Assembly: GCF_009914755.1 (NCBI RefSeq)
Contig: NC_060927.1
DNA: 64,000 nucleotides
Source of the DNA: the human T2T-CHM13v2.0 reference genome, Homo sapiens
Direction: 5' to 3' (one strand)
Numbering within the stretch: position 1 is the stretch's first letter; each line of letters begins with the position of its first letter. Of the stretch, positions 39,740 through 64,000 are shown piece by piece. Position numbers and translations under genes: made by a program. The notes beneath the pieces were generated by a model. The model was not told the origin of the DNA. It saw only the letters and a list, made by a program, of their open reading frames with translations, and made no database searches.

Positions 39740-40033
39740 TTTTTTTTTTTTTGAGATGGAGTCTCACTCTGTTACCCAGGCTGTAGTGCAGTGGCACAAC
39801 CTCGGCTCACTGTAACCTCCGCCCCCCGAGTTCAAGCGATTCTCCTGCCTCAGTCTCCTGAATAATAGGGATTACAGGCGCCTGCCACTGCGCCTGGCTA
39901 ATTTTTTCGTATTTTTAGTAGAGATGGGGTTTCACCATCTTTGCCAGGCTGGTCTGGAACTCCTGACCTCGTGATCCACCCGCCTCGGACTCCCAGAGTG
40001 TTGGGATTACAGGCGTGAGCCACCGCGCCTGGC
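39740..40033 (-). mobile_element. AluSg-like
   Basis: TSD gcaaagt(g/t)gtaaaa. Confidence 0.92.
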
Positions 40034-40667
40034 GCAAAGTTGTAAAATCGTGAGAATGACATTTTAGCCTCAAAATTTCAAAAATAATTTTTATTTTCTC
40101 CTCCCTGCCCCCTTAATTACTATTTCAAGAGAATGGCAGATTTTAAGGTGGCAGGTATTTGTTACGTCAAAAGTTATTTTTCCTCACGGAAATTACATAC
40201 AGATCTAAAACATCTGTGACTTCAAACATCTGTGAGCATTTGCTGAGTGCCTGCTCTGTTCAGGTACTACTTTGGCCCTGGGGATGCAGCAACGAATTGG
40301 AGCAATGAGTTTGGCAGGGGAGAGAGATTGTATACATATAATTTCAAAGGTCAGATAAGTGCTCTGCTAGAAGTACTGACATGCGTAAAGGAGTGATCAG
40401 CTCTGCCAAGAGCAATGAGATGAGCCTGTTCCCATGTTTATTAGCTTTAAAGCCTTAATATGTCACTTTGCAGGCAATCCGTGAATTATTCCCTGAAGGA
40501 TGTTTCTACTTCACCTTCCCATTTGATACAGGTTCACTGAACTCTGAGCTCTTTGAAGGATGTAACTGCTTTTTGTATCGTCAGTGAACCAGCAGGGTGT
40601 CTAAGCTTGAAGCTGGGCACATAGTAGGCCCACAACAAACATTTGCTGAAATCACAAGTCACATTGA

Positions 40668-40970
40668 GGCCTGGCGCGGTGGCTCACACCTGTAATCGCA
40701 GCACTTTGGGAGTCCGAGGTGAGCAGATCACTTGAGGTCAGGAGCTAAGACCAGTCTGGCCAACACGGTGAAACCAAGTCTCTACTTAAAGTACAAAAAT
40801 TCCCGGGAGTGGTGGCAGATAACTGTAATCCCAGCTATTTGGGAGGCTGAGGCAGGAGAATTGCTTGAACCCGGGAGGCGGAGGTTGCAGTGAGTTGAGC
40901 CGAGATCACGCCATTGCACTCCAGCCTGGGCAACAAGAGTGAAATTCCATCTCAAAAAAAAAAAAAAAAA
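40668..40970 (+). mobile_element. AluS
   Basis: TSD aagtc(a/t)cattga. Confidence 0.92.
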
Positions 40971-42070
40971 GTCTCATTGATATTAATAGTTTTCTAATAA
41001 GGGCCACCCCATTTGGTATTGTCAGAAATAGAGTTCACTCCTCTGATGTTTTCACATTAAGGAGCCAGCTAGACATGAAATACAAGTTGGGAATGGGGGA
41101 ATGGTATTCCCACCCTGTAGCATGTAAGGCATGAGAGGTATCTAAGGCATCTCCAAAAGGCTGTGAATCTTTTGAATTTGGAGAAAGCCAGGAAGTTCTA
41201 GAGTAGGCAAGTCCGATCCAGTCAAGACTTCTGGAGTGACTGTGTAAGGAAGGGGAGAGGGAATATGGGGAGAAGGGATATCTCAACACAGAAGTTCCCT
41301 CAATTAAGTGGGGTGGGAATGGGGCAGTTCTGGGCAAGTTTAAAAACTGTGTCCTCTCAATTTTTCAATAAAGGAAAATCCTGGCTTGTGAGATCGCAAA
41401 CATTGTGAGCCTCTGTGTTTTTTCATATTTTCTACATTGAACTTGTACTGCTTTGCTAACTAAAAAAAGCTAATTTTAAATAATCTTGATATGCTTGGAA
41501 CGATGAGTCCAAAAACAAGATGTTTTGGGATCTGGATGGAGGAGATGTGGATAAACAGGATCAAGTGTGAGAAAGGAGCACTTTTGGTTGACTAAAAGCT
41601 CAATATGATCAAGCAGTGTGTTCAGGCTGCTGCCCAAATGGTGATGTCATCTGGAGTATTGACAGCATGACATGTGGCCTAGTTTCTTGAGGAAATAATC
41701 AGAAATGAAGGCACAAATTTATCAACAAAGATGTTCATTGGCATTTCATTTATAAGAGTGGGAAGTGTAGGTAAATTGTATGCTCCAAAATAGGGGCTCA
41801 GAATTAAATCATGCAATATGAAGCTATGAAAATTTATTCAAAGAATAACTAAATGATATAGTGAATATTTTTATATTAATACTTTCATATAAAAAATAAA
41901 AGCAGAAGACTTTCACCTAGACAAATATTCTCCAAACGACAGATACAAAGGGGAATTAACAGACATAAAGTGTCCTGAGCAAGGGAGAGGATATTAGGTT
42001 TATTTTTATATAGTACAAGAAGACCTGGATAGATACTATGGATGGAAGTTATAATCCAAAACAAAGGTGG

Positions 42071-44888
<2,818 letters not shown>

Positions 44889-44899
44889 CATTGTCCCCT

Positions 44900-45630
<731 letters not shown>

Positions 45631-45869
45631 AAGTCACATTAGGTTAAAGCTGTTCAAATAAAATTTTGTTTTTAATTCATTCCTCCTTCTATCACTCTCA
45701 AATTTAGCAATTGTATTCCTCAATGTTAGATTTTATAAGTAAGACTCTACTACATTCCTCAGTTCTATTTCACAATGGCTTATTCTGCTTACATAGTCAT
45801 TTGGTCTGCCTCTGTTCATATTTTGGCATGTATTTTAATTCGGGCCCAGTTTTTAAAAATAAACTTAAA

Positions 45870-46530
45870 AAAATTGATATGACAGCCCATCAGAAAACTA
45901 CACAGGCCCTAAGTGCACAGTTTGATGAGTTTTCACAAAACAGGTACAAACTCTTGTAAACAGCATGTAGATCAGAGATAGAACACTACCAGCACCTCAG
46001 AAGCCCACCTCATGTTCTCTCTCAATCACCAAACCCTTTCCAAATCTCCCCAAAGTTAACTACTCTTCTTATTTCTAATACCATAGATGAGTTTTGCCTA
46101 ATTTTAAACCTTGTATAAATGAAATCACACAGTATACGCTCTTTTGTATTTGGCTTCTTCCTTTCAAAATTGTGTTAAAGGACTGGGCGCAGTGGCTCAC
46201 ACCTATAATTCTGGTACTTTGGGAGGCTGAGGCAGGTGGATGGCATGAGTCCAGGAGTTTGAGACCAGCCTGGGCAACATGGTGAAACCCCATCTCTACA
46301 AAAATTACAAAAATTAGCTGGATGCGGTGGCGCATGCCTGTAGTCCTGGCTACTAGTGAGGCTGAGGTGGGAGGATCACTTGAGCACAGGAGGTCGAGAC
46401 GCAGTGAGCTGAGCTGGCACCACTGCATTCTAGCCTGGGTTATGGAGCAAGACCTTGTCTCTGTTAATGACATCTATTATTACTGTATCGATTTTATTGC
46501 ATGAATACATTATAATTTATTTATTCTATT
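45870..46530 (-). mobile_element. L1ME 3' fragment with tail-less AluJ + (46180-46460)
   Basis: gtgcacagtttgatgagttttcacaaa...tttctaataccatagatgagttttgcct. Confidence 0.75.
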
Positions 46531-46832
46531 TATTAGACCAAATTTTTACAGTGAAATGGATGTATTTTAGAATGCTCACTGCATTTTTCCTGTGTCCTTT
46601 ATTGTAGCATTTTAAGGTGAAAAACCTAATAAATTGATGGCATGCACACAGGGCATGATGGCATTTCCCCATGTGAAAACACAGGTTTATTTGAGCAGTG
46701 GTGATTTCTTCGTCCTCCCCTGCAGGTTGTTACAAGTAGGTCTTGAGGAATAGGTATACAGATACTATGCAGTTTGTTACCATTTGCCTGAAGATCTTTA
46801 GCATGGCATAAAAATACATATATTTTAAAAAA

Positions 46833-48657
<1,825 letters not shown>

Positions 48658-49323
48658 TCAGAATTAAGTTTCCGGAGCATTATCTTTCTAATCAGAAGAG
48701 AACACAAAACAAAAATTAAATCATCACTAAATATTATTTAAGGGAAAAGCAGGGCCCTTAGTTGTGAGCCAGCCTGACCTCTGGTGAGGCTGAGAAGCCT
48801 GAACCTTCTAACCATAGCTGTCCTCTTGGCCTGTTTTTCTATGGATGCATTATGTTAGTGAGTGCACTTCAGCAACTGTTTGCCAAGTTCTGGATTTTTT
48901 AATAATTCCACTTCATTCTTTTTTATATGAGAAGGTAGTGACCGTCCTGGAAATATATGTCATTTCAGCACTCCAGTTGGCTCTGGATCCTGAATTGTTG
49001 CAGCCTGTTTGCCTGGTAATCTCCTTGTCTGTGTAAGTTGTTAGGGGCAACCAAAGGCAGCTGATCACTTAATTGTTGAAGGCCAGAAACCTGGCTCTTT
49101 CATTAGTTCCCATCATGTTCTTGAGAGCAGCCAGTGTTCGGCCTCGCCAGGTTTTCCATCCTTTCTAATTGAAATGGTATACTTTTCTTTGGTGTACTCA
49201 CTGAGACTTTAGCCTGATGAGTGGTATACAGAAACAGCTGCATACTAAAACAAATTAAAAATTTTCTATTGTTGATCATAGATAATCTATTTAAGGCAGA
49301 TAAATGAAACCATCTTGGTGTGA

Positions 49324-50245
<922 letters not shown>

Positions 50246-50989
50246 TGAGTCTGTTTCCTTATGTAGTCTAGAGTATTGGTATTTTATGGGCAAGTGTAGT
50301 TAAATCAAATGTCCAAATCCAGTTATTTAAATGGGCAGTAGCGTTTTGAGGAGCTTAATTTGCCTTAAAAAAAAAAAGATTTCCCTTTCTCTTCCTCCCA
50401 CCAACCCCATGGATAGTTTTTCTAACACTGAGGCTTTGAGAACCTAGTGCCAAAGCAACCAGTTGGAAAGAGAAACATCCACGTAATGACTGGTTGTTTT
50501 GTCTATGCAGTGTGAAACAAGAAGTTGGCATGATTTTATTTTTCACCTAGTTGACAGTTTTGTTTTGTTAGATTTCTTTGGACTGAAATGATTTGTTGAT
50601 TTGGTATTGTGTAAACCAAGCCCAATTCCACAGTACTTTTGTGACTATTAGGAAAAAAGAAAGAAAGAAAAAAAAAAAGCAGGTGAAGAGTGAAAAGAAT
50701 AATTAAACTGCTAGCCAGGAGACTTGGTGATTTTGTTCCAGCTTTGTCACCCATCAGTTATGTGACCTCGGGCAGGTCATTTCACCTCCTCGGACCTTCG
50801 TGTCCTTAAATGTCCTAAAATGAGGAGTCTGGGCAAGACAAGTCCTTAGGTTCCTGGCAGTTCACCTTTTAATAATTTTTTTGACCTGGAGGCTGCAGAA
50901 TAGAGCTCTAGTGTAATCCTGAGATCAGTTGGTGACTAACATTTGAGTAGCTCAGGGAGAGAATCACAGGTTTGCAGTTGTTTTTTTAG

Positions 50990-51364
<375 letters not shown>

Positions 51365-51499
51365 TAGATGTTACTTGAAGGAAACTTAGCAAATACAAAT
51401 CAGCAGAAAGAAGAAAATTTAAACCACCTATAATCCGAGATATAACTGACGTAAACAGTAGGTGTACATACCTCCAGATTTATAAATATCATCTAAATA

Positions 51500-53415
51500 C
51501 AGTCAGTTCTGGTAAAATTCTTGTTTTGAAAACATGAAGTTGTTCCAACACTATTGATAATAATAGGGAACAATTTGAGCATAATGTGAATTTTGTTTTG
51601 CTTATGCACGATTTCATCCATGGGAAATACTATGCAAACACAGAAAACTTCACCCAACTGAATCGAGCCTCATGGAAATACACATAACTTGCACACGTGT
51701 GCATACACACACACACACACACACACTCCTCACAAGGACATTGAGCCACACCTATTGACATGTGGTATTACAACCTTTTGTCTCATTTCAGATAACCTTC
51801 CTTCAATCACTTCACAGTAATTGACAGCTCTGCCACCCTTGCTGCCTCTGCCACCCTGGCCCAGCCACACCTTTCCCTGTCTTTAGTTTTCCCCTCTGTC
51901 CTCTCAACGTGTTTTATATTGCTCCTTTCTATTTCCTGATCTTTTTTCTATCTTTTGTTCTTATATTTTTAAACTTACTTTAATTTTAGTTTTTTTGAGG
52001 CAATATCTTGCTCTGTCACCCAGGATGGAGTGCAGTGGTGCTATCATAGCTCACTGCAGCCTCAAACTCTGCAGCTCAAGCGATCCTCCCATCTCAGCCT
52101 CTCCAGTAGCTAGGACTACAGGTGTCTCACCATGCTCAGCTAATTTTTTTATTTTTAAATTTTTTGTAGACACAGGTCTCATTATGTTGCCCAGGCTCAT
52201 CTCGATTGCCTCAAGCAATCTTCCCTCCTCAGCCTCCCAAAGTGCTGGGATTACAGGTGTGAGCCACTGCACCCAGCCCTTTTCCCTCTCTGTCTCATTA
52301 TTCTCTTACCCTTTTTCTATCGATTATTTTTTTCCATTCCCATACAAGGTGATGGGTGTGGGAACCTGGTGGGCAGCCTAGTAGACAGGGAGATGCTGGC
52401 TTCCACAAGCAAACTGCAGATTTTTTTTTTTTTTCTCAAGGTAAAGTGCTCTACAGTAAGTCCTCATTAATGTCATGCATAGGCTCTTGGAAACTACCAA
52501 TTGAAACAAAACGAAGTATAACAAAACCTATTAATATAAACAAGAGTTAAGTTCCCACATCAGGTTTCTGGTCACAAAAACGTCATCAAACTTCTACATA
52601 AAGACACTAAACACTTCTAATACTCAACATTGAATTGAAATAAATATGAGCTATACACACATTTAAGAAAGATTAATCAAAACAAGTGAGATAATTATTT
52701 ACCAAGTTTTTAGTCAATCGGTGTATGAGGGTGGTCATAGAGGTGGTGTGTTAAATCAAGGAATAACTATTTGCAAAGCAAAAATTGTCAGAAACACCTC
52801 CTACCACCAGGCAGTTCAAAAACAAACAATAAGAAATATGGGGGTGCTCACTGAGCACTTTTGTGCTGCCCCATTTATGATTGTGCATGTGTATGATTAT
52901 CATATACTTTATGAAATTTTATTTGACAATAATTTGTATTTACTCATTCATTTATTTTCCCACCCATTTATTCCAGTTCAGGGTGGCAGGTGGCTGAAGC
53001 CTAACCCAGGAGCTCAGGGTGCAAGGTGGGAACCAATGCTAGGCAGGATGCCATTCCATTGCAGGGCACTCACACACACTCCCACACTCACGCAGACTGG
53101 GACAATTTAGACACGCCAATAAAACTAACATGCACATCTTTGGGATGTGGGAGGAAATCAGAATATCCAGAGACAACCCAGGTAGACTTGGGGAGAATGT
53201 GCAGACTCCACACTGATGGTGGTTCCAGCTGGAAATCCATTTTTTCTCTTTAAAATTATAATAAAAAGACATTGATCCAAATGTCATTTGAAAACCTGCT
53301 GTATTTATAAAGTGCACATTTAACTTGTGTAAAACTATGCTGTTGTTTTAATTCAGCTCTTTTTTTTTTAATGCATCACTGACAAAATTTTTGAGTGTTA
53401 TGCCCCAAACCCATA
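51500..53415 (+). mobile_element. Tigger13a-like DNA transposon, split by an AluJ-containing insert (~51860-52398) and by MER6
   Basis: Starts ta|cagtcagttctg...ttgttttgaaaac...tagggaacaatttgagcataa; resumes ccacaagcaaact...caaggtaaagtgc and, after MER6, catttaacttgtgtaaaact...tttttgagtgttatgcccc. Subfamily name from recall. Confidence 0.6.
52454..53301 (-). mobile_element. MER6 (TcMar-Tigger), apparently full length
   Basis: TA|cagtaagtcctc ... aacctgctg|TA termini, ~850 bp; internal reverse-strand gtgtggagtctgcacattctcccc...tttcctcccacatcccaaagatgtgca matches MER6. Confidence 0.85.
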
Positions 53416-54329
53416 CATAGTCATACATGGGTACGTCTATGCCCATTTAATTTTGACTGAATTTGCCAACGTCCCAGGCCATAGACCACTGAACGCAAGC
53501 TAGACTTGCAAAGGTGGAGATCAAGTTAAAGTTATCCCAACTTTTCAGAAATATTTAGAGCTTCTTTATTCTGATGTTTAAAATTACTTTGAGATACATT
53601 TATTGATGTACTCGTAAATTCATAGCAGAAGGTGAAATCTCGTTTTGTCTTCTGAGAGGGAAACTCTAGAAAGTAGGGATCACAAATCTCTATATGACTC
53701 AACAGTTCAAGGCTTCTTAAAAAATAAAGGATGTACCTTTAAATAGTGTTGTGGTCAAGCACACTGAGTTACAAGTTTAAAGTTTTTCTTTCATAAAATC
53801 ACAGCCTGGAGGAAGTAGACCACTTAGGAAACAGTTTAGCCTCTTATAATAAAAATGTAAGGAAATTGCTCTCCTGGCCCTCCTGGTCTTCCTCCTGGCC
53901 TTCCCTTTACCTAACCTCTTCTCTTCCCCTCCTAATTAGATGGACCACCTGAGTACATAATCTTAGAGAGTCTTTTCTAACAAGCCCTAGTCTCTCCAAG
54001 AACTGAGAGGAGTGTGACAAAGCTGGAAGGGAGTTATAGAAACAAAGCTGGTCTTCTGCCTCTCCTGTTTTTTCATTGTTTACCTTAATTAACCAATATT
54101 TGAGTTTAAAATCTTTTCTAATTTCTTTTAGATGCTTTCTGGTTGCTCTTATTTTATAACATATTGAATAATTTTTTGTAATGGTATGGAACAGAATATA
54201 TTTCTTAAATCATATCCATCTGAGAATCTCTAGAAATTCTACATGTATGACTTCACAAAACTTCCCAGTGTTTCTGGGCTTTCTTAACTTTTAGGCATTC
54301 TAAAGTGAAGCCATTTATTTCACTGTCAG

Positions 54330-55060
54330 GAAACAAACTGAAAATGAATAGTTTCACTACAAATCGGTGCATACTTAATCAGAATACCATGCAACTGAAA
54401 ACAAGAATGAAGAGGTTCTTTTTGTACCAATATGGAACGATTATAAGATACATTTAATGAGTGAAAAAAGACAAGGTTTAGAATAGGGTGCCTAGGATGT
54501 TCTGTTTTATGTAAAAAGAGGAAGAACAGGGCCATGTGCAGTGGCTCACACCTGTAATCTCCGCATTTTGTGAGGCCAAAGTGGGAGGATTGCTTGAGTC
54601 CAGAAGTTCGAGACCAGCCTGGGCAATACAGCCAGACCCCATCTCAACAAAAAATAAAAATAAAAATAATTAGCTGGGCATACTGACATAACCCTGTAGT
54701 CCCAGCTAGTCAGGACGCTGAGTTGGAAGGATTACTTTAGCCCAGGAATTTGAGGTTACAGTGAACTATGATTCCACCACTGCACTCCAGTCTGGGTGAC
54801 AGAGTGGGACCCTGACTCAAAAAAAAAAAAAAAGGAAAAGAAAAAAATGTAAATATATATTTGTATTTGCCTGTTTTTGCATATATTCTAGAAGGACATA
54901 CAAGAAACTAAACACAGTAGTAATCTGTTTGGATAGGAAGAAGGGAACTGGGCAGATTGCCGACAAAGATAGAAGCAAAATTTTTACCTTGTATCTTGTT
55001 TGTTTGTTTTAAACATGTGAATGTATTTTCTTCATAAATATTAATAACAATATTTTAAAA
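54330..55060 (+). mobile_element. L1ME 3' end with AluJ (54529-54848)
   Basis: gaataccatgcaactgaaaa...tctagaaggacatacaagaaactaaacacagtag. Confidence 0.7.
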
Positions 55061-55879
55061 GAGTTGCATTTGTATTCAGGAAACAGAATCATGACATATT
55101 AATAGCATATGATAGAGCCCAGTCCCTGATAGCGAGAAGGCACTTTCTTACAGGTTTATATTTTATTCATAATTCTGGGATTCTTCCCACTATTGAGATG
55201 TGTGATGGGCTTGACCTTGGGTCTTGGCTGCTCTTCTTAGTTGGAGGGTATCCCTGGAGAGGAGGAAGGGAACCTTTTCCTTTCCCCCAGGCAGACCCTC
55301 CTCTGTTTCCCTCACATTCTTTAGCTGTCTGGATCATGCTGGAACTGGCACTGCAGACGCTGGCAGGCAAGGGGAGGAGGCAGCCACGAGTTCTGGCACT
55401 GTCCCCAAGGTGAGCTGTCTCTGACTGTAGGTATCACTGAGAAAGCACTTTGAGGAGCTGGCAAAACCAACCCCTTGCTTTATTTTGTGGGATGATGAAG
55501 ATGCTAACACTGGGGCAGTTGAAAACAAAGCATATGCTCAGAGGACAATGCTATTAACGATCCTTCGCCTGGTTCAAAATTTGCCAATATTCCAAATACC
55601 TGAGAATAGTTCAGCAGCACATATCTAATTGGAAGTAATTTATTCTGTTAATATTTTGGTTTTCTGCTGGCAGAAACTCTGGGCATATGGCATTTTAAGA
55701 TGTGAAGAAGGAACCCATTATGGTTGACAATAAGAAATGCACATTCATTGTTATGTTTAACATCTTGGCTTGAAGATGGAATTCTAAGTCATGAATCCCA
55801 GAGGCTTTCTAGCTGTGTGCAAGTTAAAGTACATTTCCTGAAGACTGCTGTATTTATTCCAATAATGATGATTCCGGGA

Positions 55880-56035
55880 GCCACCCTGGGCCTTGGCTTT
55901 GTGACAGTGATAAGAATCATCTGGGATGCTTGCTAAAAATACAGATTCCTGGACTCTACCTAAGCCTTGCCTGGAAATCTGCTTTGTAAAAATGGTCTCA
56001 GATAATGCTTATCTGTCAAGTTTGGGAAACATTGT
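55880..56035. mobile_element. MER5A1-like element
   Basis: ataagaatcatctgggatgcttgctaaaaatacagattcctgg...caagtttgggaaacattg. Confidence 0.7.
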
Positions 56036-56651
56036 GTTTTAGAATCTTGAGAGGAAAGTGATATTTCACTGAGTTATCCTATCTTTAGGCTGACCTCTTC
56101 CACCTGGAATGACAAATGTCAGTCTCCAGAAAGACAAGGATCTCCATGTCTGGGATGTCATTCGGTATTAAACCTGAGAGAGAACCTTCGTGGTCTTCAC
56201 TTGGCTTTTACTAGTGACTCACATGCTTAGAATATTTGGCTTTTCTTTTCTTCTTAGGACAAGGGAAATCAAATGTCTGCTGTTTCTGCACAGAAGTTTT
56301 CATTTTAATTGCAGAGTTCAGAAATCTGAACATATGTAACATTTGATGTTAAAATGAGTAGAGGCATCTGGTAACAGCTACATAATTCAATTACCTTACA
56401 ATTTCACAATTCACCACACTCTATTTCCTCTATCAGATGCATACGGGCTTCTAAAGGGGAAAGACTAGGTTACAAGCAGAATGTATTTATTGGTACCCCT
56501 ACTGGGCACAACAAAATACCCTTCCTACACAAAATGTACTCTCATTGACTGTAAAGTAAAAACCCCCAAATACAAGGTTCTAGTTGATGAAGTTTAGAAA
56601 TTAAAGTTGGCTTCTTCTGTTCTTATGCAGAAAGAGATAAAAGTTAAATGA

Positions 56652-57180
<529 letters not shown>

Positions 57181-57253
57181 AAATGAAGTAGATTCATTTG
57201 TTGACACAGTCATGAGTTCTGTTGGTGAGGTTTTTAAAGCTACTACTAAGTTA

Positions 57254-58060
<807 letters not shown>

Positions 58061-59391
58061 TGAACATATGAACCCATTGCTATGGTTCTCCCAGGATCTT
58101 GGAACAGCCCGTACTCTGAAGCTGTGGCTTCATCAGTTGTACTGTAAGCAGCTTCTGCCTGCACACCCCTTTTTGTCTTCTGAATTTGAACACTATCAAT
58201 TCTATTTCCTATCCTTAAGGATTATGCGTTTCTGAGTGACTAAACGAGTGAAAGTATTCCCATGACCGGGTAAAGGATATTCTGAGAGATGCGTATATGA
58301 ATTCTCAGACGAGTCTTCTGGGGCACTAAAATGGGCTCCAGGATAAGTCAGCTTCTACCATTTTTCTCATCTTCCTAGGACTTTGCAATTGGATGTGTGT
58401 CCTCAGCGTCGGTATTTCTTTTTGGTAGGGCAGAAAGAGCCCAGGGTAGGGGCTCAGGAGGGATGAGTTCTAGTCCCAAGTTCACAAACATAGAGTGGGT
58501 TAGAGTGAAAGAAGCAATAGTCGAACTGTATAATTCCCCAGGAAAGGCTGAGGCCTGGAGAGGTGTGGCCACTGACCCAGTGTGGCATAGTTAGTTCTTT
58601 GTAGAGTACAGACTCCCTGTCCAGTGCTCTTTCCTTCTTAAACTACGCTTCCTCCAGCTGTGCATTTTTGGGGAAATGACTTTTGACTCTTGTCATCCTG
58701 GTCCTTGGTTTACTTATTTGTACAAGAAAGGAATAGAACCAGATAACCTGTAAATTCCTTTCAGTTGTATGTATTTTCTAATTTTTTTTTGACTCTCCAG
58801 TTGTTTTTTTTTTTTCTTTTTCTTTTTTTTCCTTCCTGATGGAAATTCAGTTCCTGGATAGCCAAGGTTTTATGTCTAGCCCTAGTGTCCAGCACAGGGT
58901 TTGCTGCTGCTTTGGAATGGAGATTTCACATCTTAACTTTTCAAGGCAGGGCAGTGAGCAACATGGCTTTACCCTGGCTGATCATTGACTTCCAGAAGTT
59001 TGTTAATTTGATAGTTTTCAGAGAAGCACAGAACCAGAAGGCCTCTGACAGGGCACTCGAGGATTCGCTTCATTGCACAAATGAAGAAACAGAGGCCCAG
59101 GGACCCTCCTGGGACTGCTTTACAAACATTAATCATAAAAACATTGGAACTCAGGTCCCTGATGCTTTTCCCACTACATTATTCTCAGCCTTTGAGTTGC
59201 TTAAATAGTTAATACTAGTCCATAAGCACCCAAGTTAAGTTGTAATTAAACTGCTTCTGAAAGACCCAGGTTATCTTGCCCAAAGAACAGACTAAAGTAA
59301 GGATTCTACTTGGGATTCATGTTATTCTTGTTTCTTTAAAGTGAAAGTCTCTATTGTTTATATATTGAAATTAAAATGTGACTTAGCCTAA

Positions 59392-60395
<1,004 letters not shown>

Positions 60396-60575
60396 ATCAC
60401 ATTTTCTTACATTGTTCTCAGGTCTGTAATTCTTTCTGGCCACTGTCATAAATATAAGGGACAACAGTTATTTTAATTTTGCTTCTAGAATCTTTTCCTA
60501 CCTTTAGAAGATCACAGATAAGTTAAGTCCTCCCTCTGTGAATTCTTCCACCAAATTATCTTCCTCCTCCTCTTC

Positions 60576-61159
<584 letters not shown>

Positions 61160-62449
61160 AGAAACTAGATTTCTTTCTTTGGAAGCCATCTTTGACAAAA
61201 CACAAATCCTTTTGCCTTCCTGCTCTCACATTGTGCAGACTTTTGGCTGGCCCATCATTACCACAAACTACCTTATTTAAACCTCCGGGGCTCCTCTTTG
61301 AAGTGGACACAATTTCTTCATTTGTTGAAATGGGAGAATTGTGATTTTCCCACAGTTCTACAGGTAGTTGGTGGCAAGATCTGAATTTTAATCTAGGTTT
61401 TCTGAGTCAAATTCTGATATTCTTTTTGCTACCTCTTAGCTACCTGCAGATAAAATGTGAGGAATGCCACTAAGGCTTTTGAGACACCGTATGTGGGAAT
61501 GTAGAGGAGGAAGAGGGTTCTTCTATTAGCTGAGGTCAGAGAAAGCTTAAGGCAAAGGCAGTATTTGAGTCTGAGCTGAGGCAAGGTAGGGGGTTCTGGG
61601 CAAACACGAGGAGTCTGTGTGTGCATCAGGGAAGTATGGCCCATGTCTGAGGGTGGAGTGTGGGCTAGTGATTATCATCAGCCGTGCCAGCACTGGCTGG
61701 GTTTGGGAGCCACTGAGTTGTGCCTGTTGGTTCCCTCGTTTATCACTGTGAGGACAAATGGCCTTTGCCACCAGCTCCTCTTGCCCTTTCTTTATCTATA
61801 CATAATTATTCTCCTGTTCTTCTATGTTTGCATATCTGTTTTCTCCTCCTTTTGTAGAAATAGTCCTCATAAAGCATATACCATGAAGGTAAAGGTAATA
61901 CTTATGTAACCTGAAAAGCAAAATTCCACCATTTAGCAGCCAGTCTTGGTCTACTCGTTAGGAACTCTTTTAATGAACAAGAACATTTTCTCCTCATTAT
62001 CACCTCCTTAAGTTGAATAGAAGTAGGAGGCCTAGACTTGGCCTTGGGGGTTTTTCAAGGTGATAATGAGATGGCATTCTGTCCAACTTCTGCCTTATTT
62101 TAGTTCCTGGTTTATTTGCTTTATTATCTCTACTAGATTTTAAGTTGTTTTTGCAGGGACAGTGTCATTTTCAGAGTTGAATTCCTCACTGTGTCAACCA
62201 AGGTCATGCCTGTCATATAGTAGGTGTTCAGGTAGCCAGAGATTCAGAGTGGGGTTTCCAAAATTTCTCTAATGATAGAACCAAAGGGGTGAAAAAAAAA
62301 TTAAGAGATTATTCTAGCTCTGGGCAGCAATAACTCCTAATTCATACAAGACTAATTTCTATATCTTGATAATGGAGAGCTTTCCTTCTAGGGCCAGAAA
62401 TATTTCTGTGTACTCTACCAGGACACTCTTTGGGGGATCTAGGTATTAA

Positions 62450-64000
<1,551 letters not shown>

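Noticed and set aside
52950-53230. Fish-SINE-like sequence suggesting horizontal transfer or contamination
   Set aside because: It is an internal part of the ordinary mammalian MER6 element.

Overview
Primate (human/hominoid-type; AluY present) intronic or intergenic DNA with very high Alu density. I count about 80-85 Alu elements or fragments by eye, roughly a third of the window. They are interleaved with old L1M, L2, MIR, MLT1 and DNA-transposon (MER3, MER5, MER44, MER6, Tigger) fragments. I see no intact protein-coding gene, RNA gene or CRISPR array; nearly all supplied ORFs are Alu-derived or chance. The one gene-derived feature is a minus-strand processed pseudogene of ZCCHC10 (about 33299-35707). 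It has target-site duplications (TSDs), a decayed poly(A) tail, a lost start codon, a frameshift and two later Alu insertions. The best secondary observations are a templated insertion inside a ~70-bp duplication (29952-30250), a tandemly duplicated AluSp (59735-60408), a ~2.4-kb repeat-free island with retained CpGs and a G4 motif (6650-9020), and three unverified splice-signal-defined exon candidates. I found no evidence of a new biological system. Repeat subfamily names come from recalled consensus sequences, and repeat boundaries are approximate (+/- tens of bp).
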